From assembly GCA_963702845.1 (NCBI GenBank), contig OY969763.1, positions 1,536,001-1,600,000 on the forward strand: a stretch of DNA of 64,000 nt, given 5' to 3'. Source of the DNA: an uncultured Verrucomicrobiae bacterium. Its GTDB lineage: Bacteria > Verrucomicrobiota > Verrucomicrobiia > Limisphaerales > Palsa-1400. Below, piece after piece: positions 10,322 to 19,327 of the stretch. The position numbers were made by a program, and so were the translations under genes. The number at the start of each line of letters is the position of its first letter. Position 1 is the first letter of the stretch. The notes under the pieces were generated by a model. That model did no database searches and was not told the DNA's origin. It saw only the letters and a program-made list of their open reading frames with translations.

Positions 10322-10609
10322 TTAAGCTGACTTAAGGTGGAAGATTATAGCGTCCGATAGGCTCAGCGTTCCAAGATAAGCGAGTCCAAGGGAATCCACT
10401 AAGGCTTCAAGGTGTTCCAATTGCGGCGGTGTGTTCGGTATTTTTTTGGCGAGTTCATCGCCTTTGCCCATGAACTTGATTCTAGATTCGTCGAGGGGTA
10501 TTCCGATGGCCTGCGACTCAAACCTTTGGATTATCAGGTGATTGTCCTCCGAATCCCATTCTTGGGTTATTTGCTTATCGCTGACATTAACGCACGCGGT
10601 GATCTTCAT
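10322..10609 (-). CDS. Hypothetical protein, probably co-transcribed with the TIR gene
   Basis: 95 aa ORF with an upstream GAGG Shine-Dalgarno-like site; 11 nt gap to the TIR start. Confidence 0.6.
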   Translation of the reverse strand: MKITACVNVSDKQITQEWDSEDNHLIIQRFESQAIGIPLDESRIKFMGKGDELAKKIPNTPPQLEHLEALVDSLGLAYLGTLSLSDAIIFHLKSA

Positions 10610-10670
10610 TCCTCAGGCTGTGCGTCTTTGGCTGAAGCTGTCAAGTAACCGTTAGCATCTTGTGACGCGA

Positions 10671-10772
10671 ACCCTGTCAAAATGTTTTTGTACAGAAAAA
10701 TGGCGCGTAGGGGCGAGGTGGGGCGTGGGCTTCAAAGGGCTTCGGAAAATTTTTCAAAAACAGGTGGTAAAA
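10671..10772 (+). repeat. Bipartite dispersed repeat, copy 1
   Basis: ACCCTGTCAAAA.TTTTT..ACAGAAAAA, a 10-bp periodic core, then CTTCGGAAAATTTTTCAAAAACAGGTG; also at 20299 and 20446. Confidence 0.8.
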
Positions 10773-11268
10773 CTCGGGCGTGCGAGGAATTGGAGATTTT
10801 GAGATTTGAGATTTGAAATGGCGGGCGCGAAGTGCGCGAAGGGGCGAAGTCGTTAGCAGATAGCGAATAGCAGATAAATGGAGTCCGATAACGCAGCGTA
10901 TCCGCTGTGACTCAATCGCCCACCTAAACAAATCGTGCAACATGATATCAGGCAACGCTCCACTTACCGCCGCGTTTTTCCAAAACTGCAGTCAGCATCG
11001 CAGAGTGCGCCCAGGGGCCGACGCCTGACCGAGGTTTGAAGGATCGGCGCGCAAGGCAGATGGATGTTGCCGTTGATCGTCGATCGGCAACGCAGCGATG
11101 CGTTTTCTTCGGCCAACTCTTTCGGCGTCGGGTTGCGGCCGGTATTTTGTTCAACGCGCAAGGGACTCTGCAGGAAGCGCGCCACCTATAAAACCCTTGT
11201 TCGCGTATTAAAAATATGTGCACAGTTGTCACATATTAATTGTCTAGGCCACTGCGCACACTTTCTTT

Positions 11269-12132
11269 ATGACCTACAAATACGATTTAGCCATTTCATT
11301 CGCAGGAGAGCAGCGTAGTCTGGCAGACACATTTGCGCGGCGCTTGGACGCATCTGGATATTCAGTCTTCTACGATGAGTTTCAACAAGCCGAGTTGTGG
11401 GGGCGAGACTTGTCGGTTGCCCTGAGCAGTGTCTATTCGCAGGAAGCCCGCTACTGCTTGATTGTGCTTTCCAAGGATTACGTGGCGAAGCCGTGGACCA
11501 ACCACGAACGCCAAAGTGCGATATCGCAGTTCATCCAACGCCGTAGGGACTACATCCTCTGCCTCAAAGTCGAAGACATTGAGTTGCCGGGTTTCCCAGC
11601 GGTCAACGGCTACATCTCTCTTGATCGATTCGACGTAGAAGCCATTTACAAGCTCCTCCTCCAAAAGCTTGGGCGCCCGGACCACGAAAACCAAGTTTCC
11701 CATCTCGACCCCGGCGACAGCGCAATTGCCCAACAGGTTATCGAGGCGTGTTTTCGACGCGCCATCTACACCCGAATGGATTCCGAGATCGACATGCGCT
11801 CCATGTATTACTCAATCGGAAAGGCCCTCGGCACGGTACAGCAACTGACGGCGCGGATTCGCGATCAGGCCCTCCAACATGCCTGTGGCGAGATCATTAT
11901 AGCTCTCGACGAAATAGAGCGCGCCCAGACTCGCTCTGATGCTGGAGTGTCGAATCACCTCCCACAACCCATCCGGCAGCAACTCGACCTAAGCAAACAA
12001 AAGGTTGTTCGCCTGCTTCTTGAGATCCGTCGCGCTACTAAGATTCCGATGCAGTTACCCTTCGCAATCCAGACCGACCATTTTTGGGGACCAGAGGAAG
12101 CCGATCAAAAACCGCGAGAGAACGCTGCCTAA
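11269..12132 (+). CDS. TIR-domain protein with helical C-terminal domain
   Basis: YDLAISFAGEQR, VFYDEFQQAELWGRDL, LSKDYVAKPWTNHER. Confidence 0.9.
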   Translation: MTYKYDLAISFAGEQRSLADTFARRLDASGYSVFYDEFQQAELWGRDLSVALSSVYSQEARYCLIVLSKDYVAKPWTNHERQSAISQFIQRRRDYILCLKVEDIELPGFPAVNGYISLDRFDVEAIYKLLLQKLGRPDHENQVSHLDPGDSAIAQQVIEACFRRAIYTRMDSEIDMRSMYYSIGKALGTVQQLTARIRDQALQHACGEIIIALDEIERAQTRSDAGVSNHLPQPIRQQLDLSKQKVVRLLLEIRRATKIPMQLPFAIQTDHFWGPEEADQKPRENAA

Positions 12133-12142
12133 ACAATCGCGA

Positions 12143-12213
12143 GCCCAACCATCGTGCTGCGGTTGCCAGCCACGCGACCCGTGGGTCGCGCCGCTGAACT
12201 TGGGTCGTTAGCC
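12143..12213 (+). other. Degenerate attC-like site following the TIR gene
   Basis: GCCCAAC-CATCG...CGCGACCC GT GGGTCGCG..GCTGAACTTGGGTC-GTTAGCC: RYYYAAC...GTTRRRY-like ends with an internal palindrome, 10 nt after the stop codon. Confidence 0.6.
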
Positions 12214-12270
12214 CTCGTTCACAACCCCGTCGGCTGCATTGTTTAGGTCAATCTGGTCGGTGGAAATGAA

Positions 12271-14301
12271 TTATTCTCCTTTGCCCTTTCGGGCCTTTAT
12301 CACGTTGTCAACCTCCTCAAGGATTCCCATTTGTGCGCACGTCTTCCGAAAATATGCATTCTGCAAGGTGAGGTTGAACTGGTTCGACAGGTTCACCGCG
12401 TCAGTGAACCAAGGTAGCGTCGCTGCGTGCGGGGCATCCGTGTAGAAGCTCAAAATCATGCCCATCAAGTAACAAAACTCCGGTTCGAAAGCCGGGATCT
12501 TATCGACGACTTTGTCCACGTTCGACTCAATCTCCTCGCGAATCCGTAACAACATCTGTTTGTCTGTCGATGGGTCTTGGAATCCGACCATCAGGATCTT
12601 GAGATACTCCACGATGGTTTCAAGGTACTGCGGGACCCGATTGAGATCGGAGTAGTAATTCCCGGCTTCCTGGATGTGGCGAAAAGCCTCCAGAAAATCC
12701 TGGTGCTTTCTGGCGCCAATGGCGATGGCGAGCGCGCTAAGCGCCAAGAGGTGTGGCTCATGGTACTTTTGGGCGAGGCACCTCGCCCGGGCGGCATCAT
12801 CCAGGCCCGACGCAAGCACGGCGGGGTTGGAGTCGCGGAATTTGATCATGGCCCTGCGACTGAGCAGTTGAGAAAGCCGAGGTTCGTCCCACTCCCGTTC
12901 CATTTCGTAGATCGCGCGGTCCAGATACACCATCACATCGGCAAAATATACCAAGGCGTAAAAGGAATAGTAGTAGATGACATCGGCCCATTCGGTGGTG
13001 GTGGGCTGCCTGCGAAACAGGTCAGTCAGGCTTTTCGGAAAATCTTTGAAGAGGACGGGATTCGCGTTGTACGTCTGCACCAGGGCGAGCAACCCCAGCG
13101 TTTCCGGAGATGTGTTCCGCTCGTGGTGGAGGTTAAGCTTTGCAGGATTCGTCAGATATTGTTGAACTCCGTCCGGGGTTTCACCGAACGGAACCTGGAC
13201 GATGCTGACTTCTATGGCTTGGGCGCGTTGCACCTTGTTCTGGAAATTGAACGCGTACGACCGGCCATGATTAAGGAGAAATCGTTCCAGAGAATCGGTC
13301 TTGTAGTCCATCTGCTGCCGTTCTTTCCAGACCCGGTCGTAGAGGTACCGGGCGGCTGCCTCGTCCCCGTTCGCTTCCGCCAAAGCGAACATCATATTCG
13401 CCGCATCCATCGGGTTGAGAGCTTGAATCTTCTCCCGCAACCGTTCCGCAAGAGTTCGGAGTTCCCGATTCGGTGGCACAAACGGAGAACAGGGAATCGA
13501 GGCGTCCGTCAGTCTCGCTTCCAGGAACGTCGTCGCGTCCGCCTCGACAGCAGTGGCCTTTTCGGGGCCATAAAGGGCGATCAGTTCCCTGATGCTGTCC
13601 CGGACGCGGGTCGCAGGCTGGTGCAGAAAAGTGAATCCTCTCGCAAACAAAGCGGCGTCACGGAACCCCAAATAGTTCAGATTGTCATCGAAATCGGCGC
13701 CGGAAAACCCGGCAAACAGAAACAGGTGCTCGCTCAGCAAAGACGCCAATGCCCGTTCCAAGCTCCTGGCCCGGCCCTTAAGCCGTTGCTTGCGCGTGTC
13801 CACCATCGATTCGGGCGAGGAGCAACAGCCGTGGATCTTGATGACCGGAATCTCGCCGGGGGGCTGCTGCTCGAAGGCATTGAAATCCGCTTCGTTAATC
13901 AACGCACGAAACGGAACGCGCGCGTCGACAAATGCACGTTCGAAGTTCTGGTCAAAATTGGTCGTCACCACAGCTCTTATGAGCCCCGTGCGGGCTCCAT
14001 TGGCGGTATAATGATGGAAGGCATTGTAGAAGTCTGAGTCTACAACGGTGAGCAGGTCGAAGTATTTCATACCTACGCGTTCCACCATCACCTGCGCTTG
14101 ATAATCCGGAGGAAAGGCATATTGCTTTCTTTTCGCTTTGATATGACCGAACACATCGCCACGAACCCGGTCCGGCAGGTTGTAAGGGGTCATCCTGTCC
14201 CAAAGCGCCTCCAATATGGCATCGTTCAGGTCGAACCACCCCGGCAGAGAGGCAGGGGGCCCAACCGAGCAACCCGCACCAGCGAAGATCACAAGGCTCA
14301 T
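12271..14301 (-). CDS. SIR2-like (SIR2_2) domain protein with helical/TPR-like C-terminus
   Basis: IFAGAGCS, VVTTNFD, VIKIHG and FAGFSGAD sirtuin motifs; C-terminal ~380 aa reads as helical repeats. Confidence 0.85.
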   Translation of the reverse strand: MSLVIFAGAGCSVGPPASLPGWFDLNDAILEALWDRMTPYNLPDRVRGDVFGHIKAKRKQYAFPPDYQAQVMVERVGMKYFDLLTVVDSDFYNAFHHYTANGARTGLIRAVVTTNFDQNFERAFVDARVPFRALINEADFNAFEQQPPGEIPVIKIHGCCSSPESMVDTRKQRLKGRARSLERALASLLSEHLFLFAGFSGADFDDNLNYLGFRDAALFARGFTFLHQPATRVRDSIRELIALYGPEKATAVEADATTFLEARLTDASIPCSPFVPPNRELRTLAERLREKIQALNPMDAANMMFALAEANGDEAAARYLYDRVWKERQQMDYKTDSLERFLLNHGRSYAFNFQNKVQRAQAIEVSIVQVPFGETPDGVQQYLTNPAKLNLHHERNTSPETLGLLALVQTYNANPVLFKDFPKSLTDLFRRQPTTTEWADVIYYYSFYALVYFADVMVYLDRAIYEMEREWDEPRLSQLLSRRAMIKFRDSNPAVLASGLDDAARARCLAQKYHEPHLLALSALAIAIGARKHQDFLEAFRHIQEAGNYYSDLNRVPQYLETIVEYLKILMVGFQDPSTDKQMLLRIREEIESNVDKVVDKIPAFEPEFCYLMGMILSFYTDAPHAATLPWFTDAVNLSNQFNLTLQNAYFRKTCAQMGILEEVDNVIKARKGKGE

Positions 14302-14391
14302 ATTTGTTTCATTAACTTCCTTTGAGGGCGCCGGCGGGAGGAAGGCGTCGCTCGATCCTCGAAAAGCGGTATCGCACGATGATCGTTCTAA

Positions 14392-15924
14392 TCAAGGGAT
14401 CCCAAACGTGATTAAATTCGCGGGATTGAACAGGATTGGCTGGCGGCCGATCGCCGCTTGAGACGGAATAACTTCTGTGGAAAAAATTTCCCGGAATCGG
14501 TTGAAGTCAAACATCAATCGCGGATTGTAAATCATTTTAAAATAATCACGGACGCTCTTAATCTTCTTGCGGAAATCCGGTTTGAGGAGCTCGTTCAGAT
14601 CCGGTCGAAGCGCGCGCCGGAGAGCGTCGAACGAAACATAACCCTTGGACCCGCAGCCATCGACGGCAGCAAAGCCCGCTTCCATGCCCGGTCCGCAGAA
14701 ATCAGCAAAGATCTTCATCTGGGTCCCACGGTCGGTGGTGCGAGCAAGGCCGTAGGCCATCAGTCCAATCGCGCCGCCACACGCCGTCGCGATTTCATCG
14801 TCGGAGTAAGGCAACCTTCGCATCCCGTTCCAAATAAGCCTAAGTGTGTCACAGAGAGTGTCCGCAGAGAGACTGTTGGCAGTCAACGGAACCGGAAGCG
14901 GTTGAACCATCCAATCAACCGCTTTGTTGCGGATCGTTCGATCGCTGCGCAAGACCTGTTGAACGCCGTACGTCACAGCCTGTTGTAGATCCCGCGGTGA
15001 CGTAATGGGTCTCAAGTTCAAACGCATGAGCGGCCCTTTTGTATCGTGGTACTTTTCGTCAATGGCCGCTCCCCATGGCTGGAGCTGCGATGGAGTCCAT
15101 GAATCGAGCGGAACCAGTATTTCTGGATTCAAAAACGCCTGTTCGTAGAAGCCGTTCGGAAAACTGTTCCACTTTACATAACTTCCTCCGGGGCCACCGT
15201 CCGCGCGCGACTTCGTCACCCATTCTCGCATTTGTTCATTGGAGAAAGTTAAATTCTCCAGGTCAAAGTACTGATCCAGCAATTGTTCGAGTGCACTCTT
15301 GTGCGCGGGATAGATGTCTTCCTTTGTGGGAAACGGTGGCGGACCAGTTCGGGGAAACACAATACGGTCCATGGGAAAATCAACCTCCCAATTATAAGTT
15401 GCGTAGATAAAAACACCATGCTGTGCCTGCAAGCGCCAGAGATTTCGGACGTCGAGCGTAATCAATTCGATGGCCGCGCCACGACGTTCATCCAAATCCT
15501 TCATTACGTCCCATACTTCCATCAACTCGCGCGTATCGAGGCAATAAATACATGCCGGGTGTTCGTCCGGCGCGGCTGTGGTGTCGGTGGCAAAAAAGCC
15601 AGCCACCCCGGGCTCGGTAGTGAAGTCAATGTAGCGGGTGGGGACGCCATAATGTTGGAGGATGGCAAAAAAGTTGTGCACAGAAGCCGCATCTTGCAAG
15701 TAGCGCAACGTCTCGTGATCGGCCAACCACTTATAGAACATTCTAATCCGGCGGTTGTAATGCTCCAAATCCGCGGGTTGCCACTGCGTTTGACGACGCA
15801 AAATCGAGGAGTGCGGCGGCCAGTCACGTACCTGTCCCCGAAACCAGTCATAGCGTCCCTCCTGCTTAAACTGCTGGGCCATTTCAACGGCTCTTTCTAC
15901 CGAATCAACTTCAAACGTTTCCAT
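14392..15924 (-). CDS. FRG-domain protein with long C-terminal extension
   Basis: WFRGQ, ILQHYGVPTRYIDFT, RLQAQHGVF; 510 aa. Confidence 0.88.
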   Translation of the reverse strand: METFEVDSVERAVEMAQQFKQEGRYDWFRGQVRDWPPHSSILRRQTQWQPADLEHYNRRIRMFYKWLADHETLRYLQDAASVHNFFAILQHYGVPTRYIDFTTEPGVAGFFATDTTAAPDEHPACIYCLDTRELMEVWDVMKDLDERRGAAIELITLDVRNLWRLQAQHGVFIYATYNWEVDFPMDRIVFPRTGPPPFPTKEDIYPAHKSALEQLLDQYFDLENLTFSNEQMREWVTKSRADGGPGGSYVKWNSFPNGFYEQAFLNPEILVPLDSWTPSQLQPWGAAIDEKYHDTKGPLMRLNLRPITSPRDLQQAVTYGVQQVLRSDRTIRNKAVDWMVQPLPVPLTANSLSADTLCDTLRLIWNGMRRLPYSDDEIATACGGAIGLMAYGLARTTDRGTQMKIFADFCGPGMEAGFAAVDGCGSKGYVSFDALRRALRPDLNELLKPDFRKKIKSVRDYFKMIYNPRLMFDFNRFREIFSTEVIPSQAAIGRQPILFNPANLITFGIP

Positions 15925-15971
15925 AAAAGTGAAGTGGACTTGCAGGACTGGTGATGTGGCGATCCTCCCGA

Positions 15972-16802
15972 TTAACGTTTTGGCGGTGGAGGCGGATTTG
16001 GCGCACCAGGATTGCCGGCTGTCGGTCCGGGCGATTGCGGATTGGGACCGGGAGCAGGCTGGCTGGAGTTCGCGGTTTGCGGCACGGCATCAGCGCCAGA
16101 CTTCGGTTTCACGAAGAACACGTCAGCGATGTCTTTGAGTTTCAATACGGCGTTTTCACTGAACAGGCCGATCAGCGCTGCCAGAGCGCAAAAACCGAAC
16201 GGGCTGGTTTCACTAAAATTTGCCGTTGGCGAAAAGAAGCCGCCGCGAACGACAAAGTAAAAGATCGCGGCCAATCCTAATCCCATGAAAGGTCTCAAGT
16301 AATAATACAACAACCAGCTCGTCACAAAGCCACGGTTGCCCACATACCATGAAATTGACCGTAGAGCATGAACACAAGCTCCAAGCGCCCCCGCCAGGAG
16401 GACGAGCACAAAAAGCCGGGCGTCGTTGTACAGGACGAATTTCCGCCAAAACAGGCTGGCTTGCTGTGGGTCGTAATAGATGCTTTCTTCCCGCTCGGCA
16501 CCTTCACCAATCTTCGAGCCTTGAGTGTCATTACTGGTCGGAGATGTTATCCCGGGCGGAGGGACGCCGGAGGATTGCGCGTTGGTGGACGGGCCATGAA
16601 TCTGACTGGACTCAACGCGTTTGAGTCCACTGGGGGTCGGCCGAGGCCAAAGCGCGATAAAACAGTATACAATCAAAACAACGAGTAACGCGTAGGTGAT
16701 GCAAAGCAGCGCAAGATCGCCGACGGAGGCGAGCTCTTTTCCTGGTCCCTGGCCGGGTTTGAACACCGTAGGCGGGGGAGGGCCATATGATGGCGCGTTC
16801 AT
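15972..16802 (-). CDS. Multi-pass membrane protein with Pro-rich termini
   Basis: About four hydrophobic segments, LAGALGACVHALRS...YYLRPFMG...FCALAALIGLFSENAVLKL. Start set at ATG 16802 (ORF track 16907). Confidence 0.75.
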   Translation of the reverse strand: MNAPSYGPPPPTVFKPGQGPGKELASVGDLALLCITYALLVVLIVYCFIALWPRPTPSGLKRVESSQIHGPSTNAQSSGVPPPGITSPTSNDTQGSKIGEGAEREESIYYDPQQASLFWRKFVLYNDARLFVLVLLAGALGACVHALRSISWYVGNRGFVTSWLLYYYLRPFMGLGLAAIFYFVVRGGFFSPTANFSETSPFGFCALAALIGLFSENAVLKLKDIADVFFVKPKSGADAVPQTANSSQPAPGPNPQSPGPTAGNPGAPNPPPPPKR

Positions 16803-16809
16803 AAGCGGT

Positions 16810-17007
16810 TCAGGATTGTTTCCAAAGTCGCAACGTCCACCCGTGCCATTCGGGTTCCGAGCTGTCCACGCGCTCAAGCGTTCCGATATCTTCCTTGTTC
16901 CATACAAGCAAGCACGCGTTTAGCGCGAGACGGCGGTCGTCAGCGCTTTTTGCGACGCGGCCAATGCTGGCTTCGTCGGTCATCCACAGGTCGGCAGTAT
17001 CGCTCAT
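16810..17007 (-). CDS. Small hypothetical protein
   Basis: 65 aa ATG ORF filling the space between two co-oriented genes (gaps 15 and 7 nt). Confidence 0.45.
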   Translation of the reverse strand: MSDTADLWMTDEASIGRVAKSADDRRLALNACLLVWNKEDIGTLERVDSSEPEWHGWTLRLWKQS

Positions 17008-17022
17008 AGTTTTTTTTGTGTT

Positions 17023-18159
17023 TTAGAACATTGCGTTTGTGTAAAAATGAACGGCTCCCTTTTCAGCACCGGTTTTAGCCGCATCGTTGTTGAGTTTCTT
17101 CAACTTCGCTTGGGCATCCTTTTGAAACTGTTCCAATTCAAGTTTGCGAGCTGCAGGCAATGCTGGTTGAGTGAGTTCTGCCGCGATCGCGTTTGCGTTA
17201 GAACGCAAAATTGCCCGGTACCGGCCAAATTCGTTATAATCTTTGGGAGCTGCGGCATTGACCACCGTGCTTTGCAGATTATGAGCAGCGGGTGGTGGAG
17301 GTGTAGTGAACTGAAGATAGGAGGCAGGGATAAACGAGCCAAGATTATTGAGGGCATCGACCTGTTCTTTCGCGCGAGGGTCGCCGTTAGCAGCGGCGGC
17401 CTGCAAGCGCGAATAGACATGGTTCAAAATCGTTTCATCGTGGATAGCGGAATCCGTGCGCGTGCCAACAGCGCCGGAAATCGCCATGGAATCGAGGGCG
17501 GCCTTTATCTGCGGGTTTCCCGCTGCGATTTCGGCGGCTTTGCCTGTGGCAAAGGATTGTTTTATGCGCACACCACCGTTGTTCGGGAAATTGGTGGTAA
17601 TGCCTGTTTCATTGGTGGTTGAATTGACGGTAATATCGGCATATACGGACCGGACTTCCGCCTCGGACTCTTCGACAGGTATGATCGTGCCCTCCACCCG
17701 TTTATACCCGAGCAGAAACGTGGGACTTACGTCCTGTTTGCCCGCAGAAATCTTCAGCCCGAAACTTGTATCGGTCACGAAGAAGAGCGGATCTTGGCCG
17801 GTGGTTGAATTCCTGCATGGACAGCCCGCCCCGGCGTCAGCAACCGGAGGCGTAGAACGAGCAGCGATTTGCGCGGCTTTGCCGGTAGCAAACGTCTGGC
17901 GAATCGTGTATTTGGGCGGAAACCATTTCATGTCCGCATCGAGGCCGCCGTAAACAGAGTACGGATCGCCAGTGGTGCTGCGTGGGACGATGGCGCCTTC
18001 GTATCGGCTAGTAGAGAGGGAGACTTTGTCGGGCATTTGGGCTGTGCCCGACACTTCCATACCGATGGATGTTTTCGTTGCGAAGAAGAGGCGGGGAGCG
18101 CATCCGGTATGGATCAGAAGCCCCAAACAGATTATTGCATTTGCGATTATTGTTTTCAA
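17023..18159 (-). CDS. Lipoprotein with two tandem homologous beta-rich domains and a helical tail
   Basis: Lipobox IHTGC; repeat LFF.T.TS.G...EG.I.P...SVY...I.Q.FATGKAA.IAA occurs twice; TTG start overlaps the upstream stop. Confidence 0.8.
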   Translation of the reverse strand: MKTIIANAIICLGLLIHTGCAPRLFFATKTSIGMEVSGTAQMPDKVSLSTSRYEGAIVPRSTTGDPYSVYGGLDADMKWFPPKYTIRQTFATGKAAQIAARSTPPVADAGAGCPCRNSTTGQDPLFFVTDTSFGLKISAGKQDVSPTFLLGYKRVEGTIIPVEESEAEVRSVYADITVNSTTNETGITTNFPNNGGVRIKQSFATGKAAEIAAGNPQIKAALDSMAISGAVGTRTDSAIHDETILNHVYSRLQAAAANGDPRAKEQVDALNNLGSFIPASYLQFTTPPPPAAHNLQSTVVNAAAPKDYNEFGRYRAILRSNANAIAAELTQPALPAARKLELEQFQKDAQAKLKKLNNDAAKTGAEKGAVHFYTNAMF

Positions 18160-18788
18160 TGAGATGTAATGGAGTGGATTGAATAGTTGAAGTCGGGAAC
18201 TGACGGAGAAAAATTATATTCGACATCGCCGCTGACGTTCTCATCGAGAACGGTCGTCAAGGTCGTTTTCGAGATACCGATTTTGAGGTTAGGGTCGGCA
18301 TTGGCGACGCGAAGGCAGCCGCCCTTGACGCTGTTCACAAGAAGCCGCACGTGATTGTTCTCGCGCGGGATGCGGTAATGGACGAAGCCCAAATACCAGC
18401 CGTTGACATTGCCAAAGCCGAAGCCCGAGGGCGCGAGAAAACGGTTGGTGGCAGAATTAGAGAGCACGAATCCGCGCGCCTGCTGTTGCCAACCTAATGC
18501 GGCTTCGATTCCCACCGGAATGACGGCAAGATCAAACGGGGCGGTTTGGGTCTTTTCCTTGGCCAAAACCGTTCTGTAGTCCAAGGGTCTCAATTCGACG
18601 GTGTGACGGGACAGTCCCATCGACCAGGTATCGCCGGCGGCTGATTCGAATCGAAAGGCACAGCCGGCGCAGGAAGTTACAACTAGAAGCAGGCTGAAAA
18701 TAGAAGCTTTGGTGAAAGCAACCGACCGGAACGGGGTTGCTGTTCTGGATGAAAACCGATTGCTACATTTTCTCCGCTCATCACTCAT
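18156..18788 (-). CDS. Putative lipoprotein, beta-strand rich
   Basis: Hydrophobic stretch then SCAGC; start uncertain (ORF track 18956). Confidence 0.6.
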   Translation of the reverse strand: MSDERRKCSNRFSSRTATPFRSVAFTKASIFSLLLVVTSCAGCAFRFESAAGDTWSMGLSRHTVELRPLDYRTVLAKEKTQTAPFDLAVIPVGIEAALGWQQQARGFVLSNSATNRFLAPSGFGFGNVNGWYLGFVHYRIPRENNHVRLLVNSVKGGCLRVANADPNLKIGISKTTLTTVLDENVSGDVEYNFSPSVPDFNYSIHSITSH

Positions 18789-19119
18789 TCCGTAAGCTCC
18801 GGTTTCAGTATTGCTGACAACAATACGCCATCGACAGGTCGAGCCCGTCCTGATTGTCGATCCGCCTCGCTGACATTCTAGGTATTTTGACAATCGTTCG
18901 CCCGTGAATATGCATTGCTGTATTTGACTGCGCGCGGACGTTAACAACGAATGCACGGAATAGGCAAGAGTTTAATTGACAGCCTTTGCTTATGCATCGA
19001 AACCGGAGATATCAGGTTACTGATTTTCGGTTCTATGTTATTATTCTAGTCTGTTTCTTAATCAGACAGCCACTGAGACGAAATTGCGGTCAAATACGGT
19101 GGGGGTTACATACGCGATA

Positions 19120-19326
19120 TCATTCGTTGGTTTTGACCAAACGGATATCCATGACATCATCGGGATTGAAAGCTTCATCGGTTTGACAATCTTCACCGTT
19201 GAACACTAATGCGTTCTCAATGAGATGATTGTTTTTCAGGACCAAGGTTACCCTCTGGTAACCCATTCCCGACTCGGGCATCTGTGCCAGACGCTGGCTC
19301 CAGAATTTGTTGAGGCGGATGATCAT
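19120..19326 (-). CDS. Small protein homologous to the N-terminal domain of the upstream toxin-like gene (candidate antitoxin or partner)
   Basis: MIIRLNKFWSQRLAQMPESGMGYQRVTLVLKNNHLIENALVFNGE; ATG 1 nt after the upstream TAA. Confidence 0.75.
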   Translation of the reverse strand: MIIRLNKFWSQRLAQMPESGMGYQRVTLVLKNNHLIENALVFNGEDCQTDEAFNPDDVMDIRLVKTNE

Positions 19327-19327
19327 C

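Noticed and set aside
10677..11232. Short ORFs between repeat copy 1 and the TIR gene
   Set aside because: Overlapping, motif-free frames that cross heptamer repeats; no support for coding.
12577..14037. 486-aa plus-strand ORF
   Set aside because: Antisense shadow of the SIR2 gene, which has clear motifs; it has no recognisable features of its own.
11269..14301. Calling the TIR and SIR2 genes a canonical Thoeris system
   Set aside because: The genes are convergent and the SIR2 protein shows no SLOG or Macro domain; kept only as a hypothesis.
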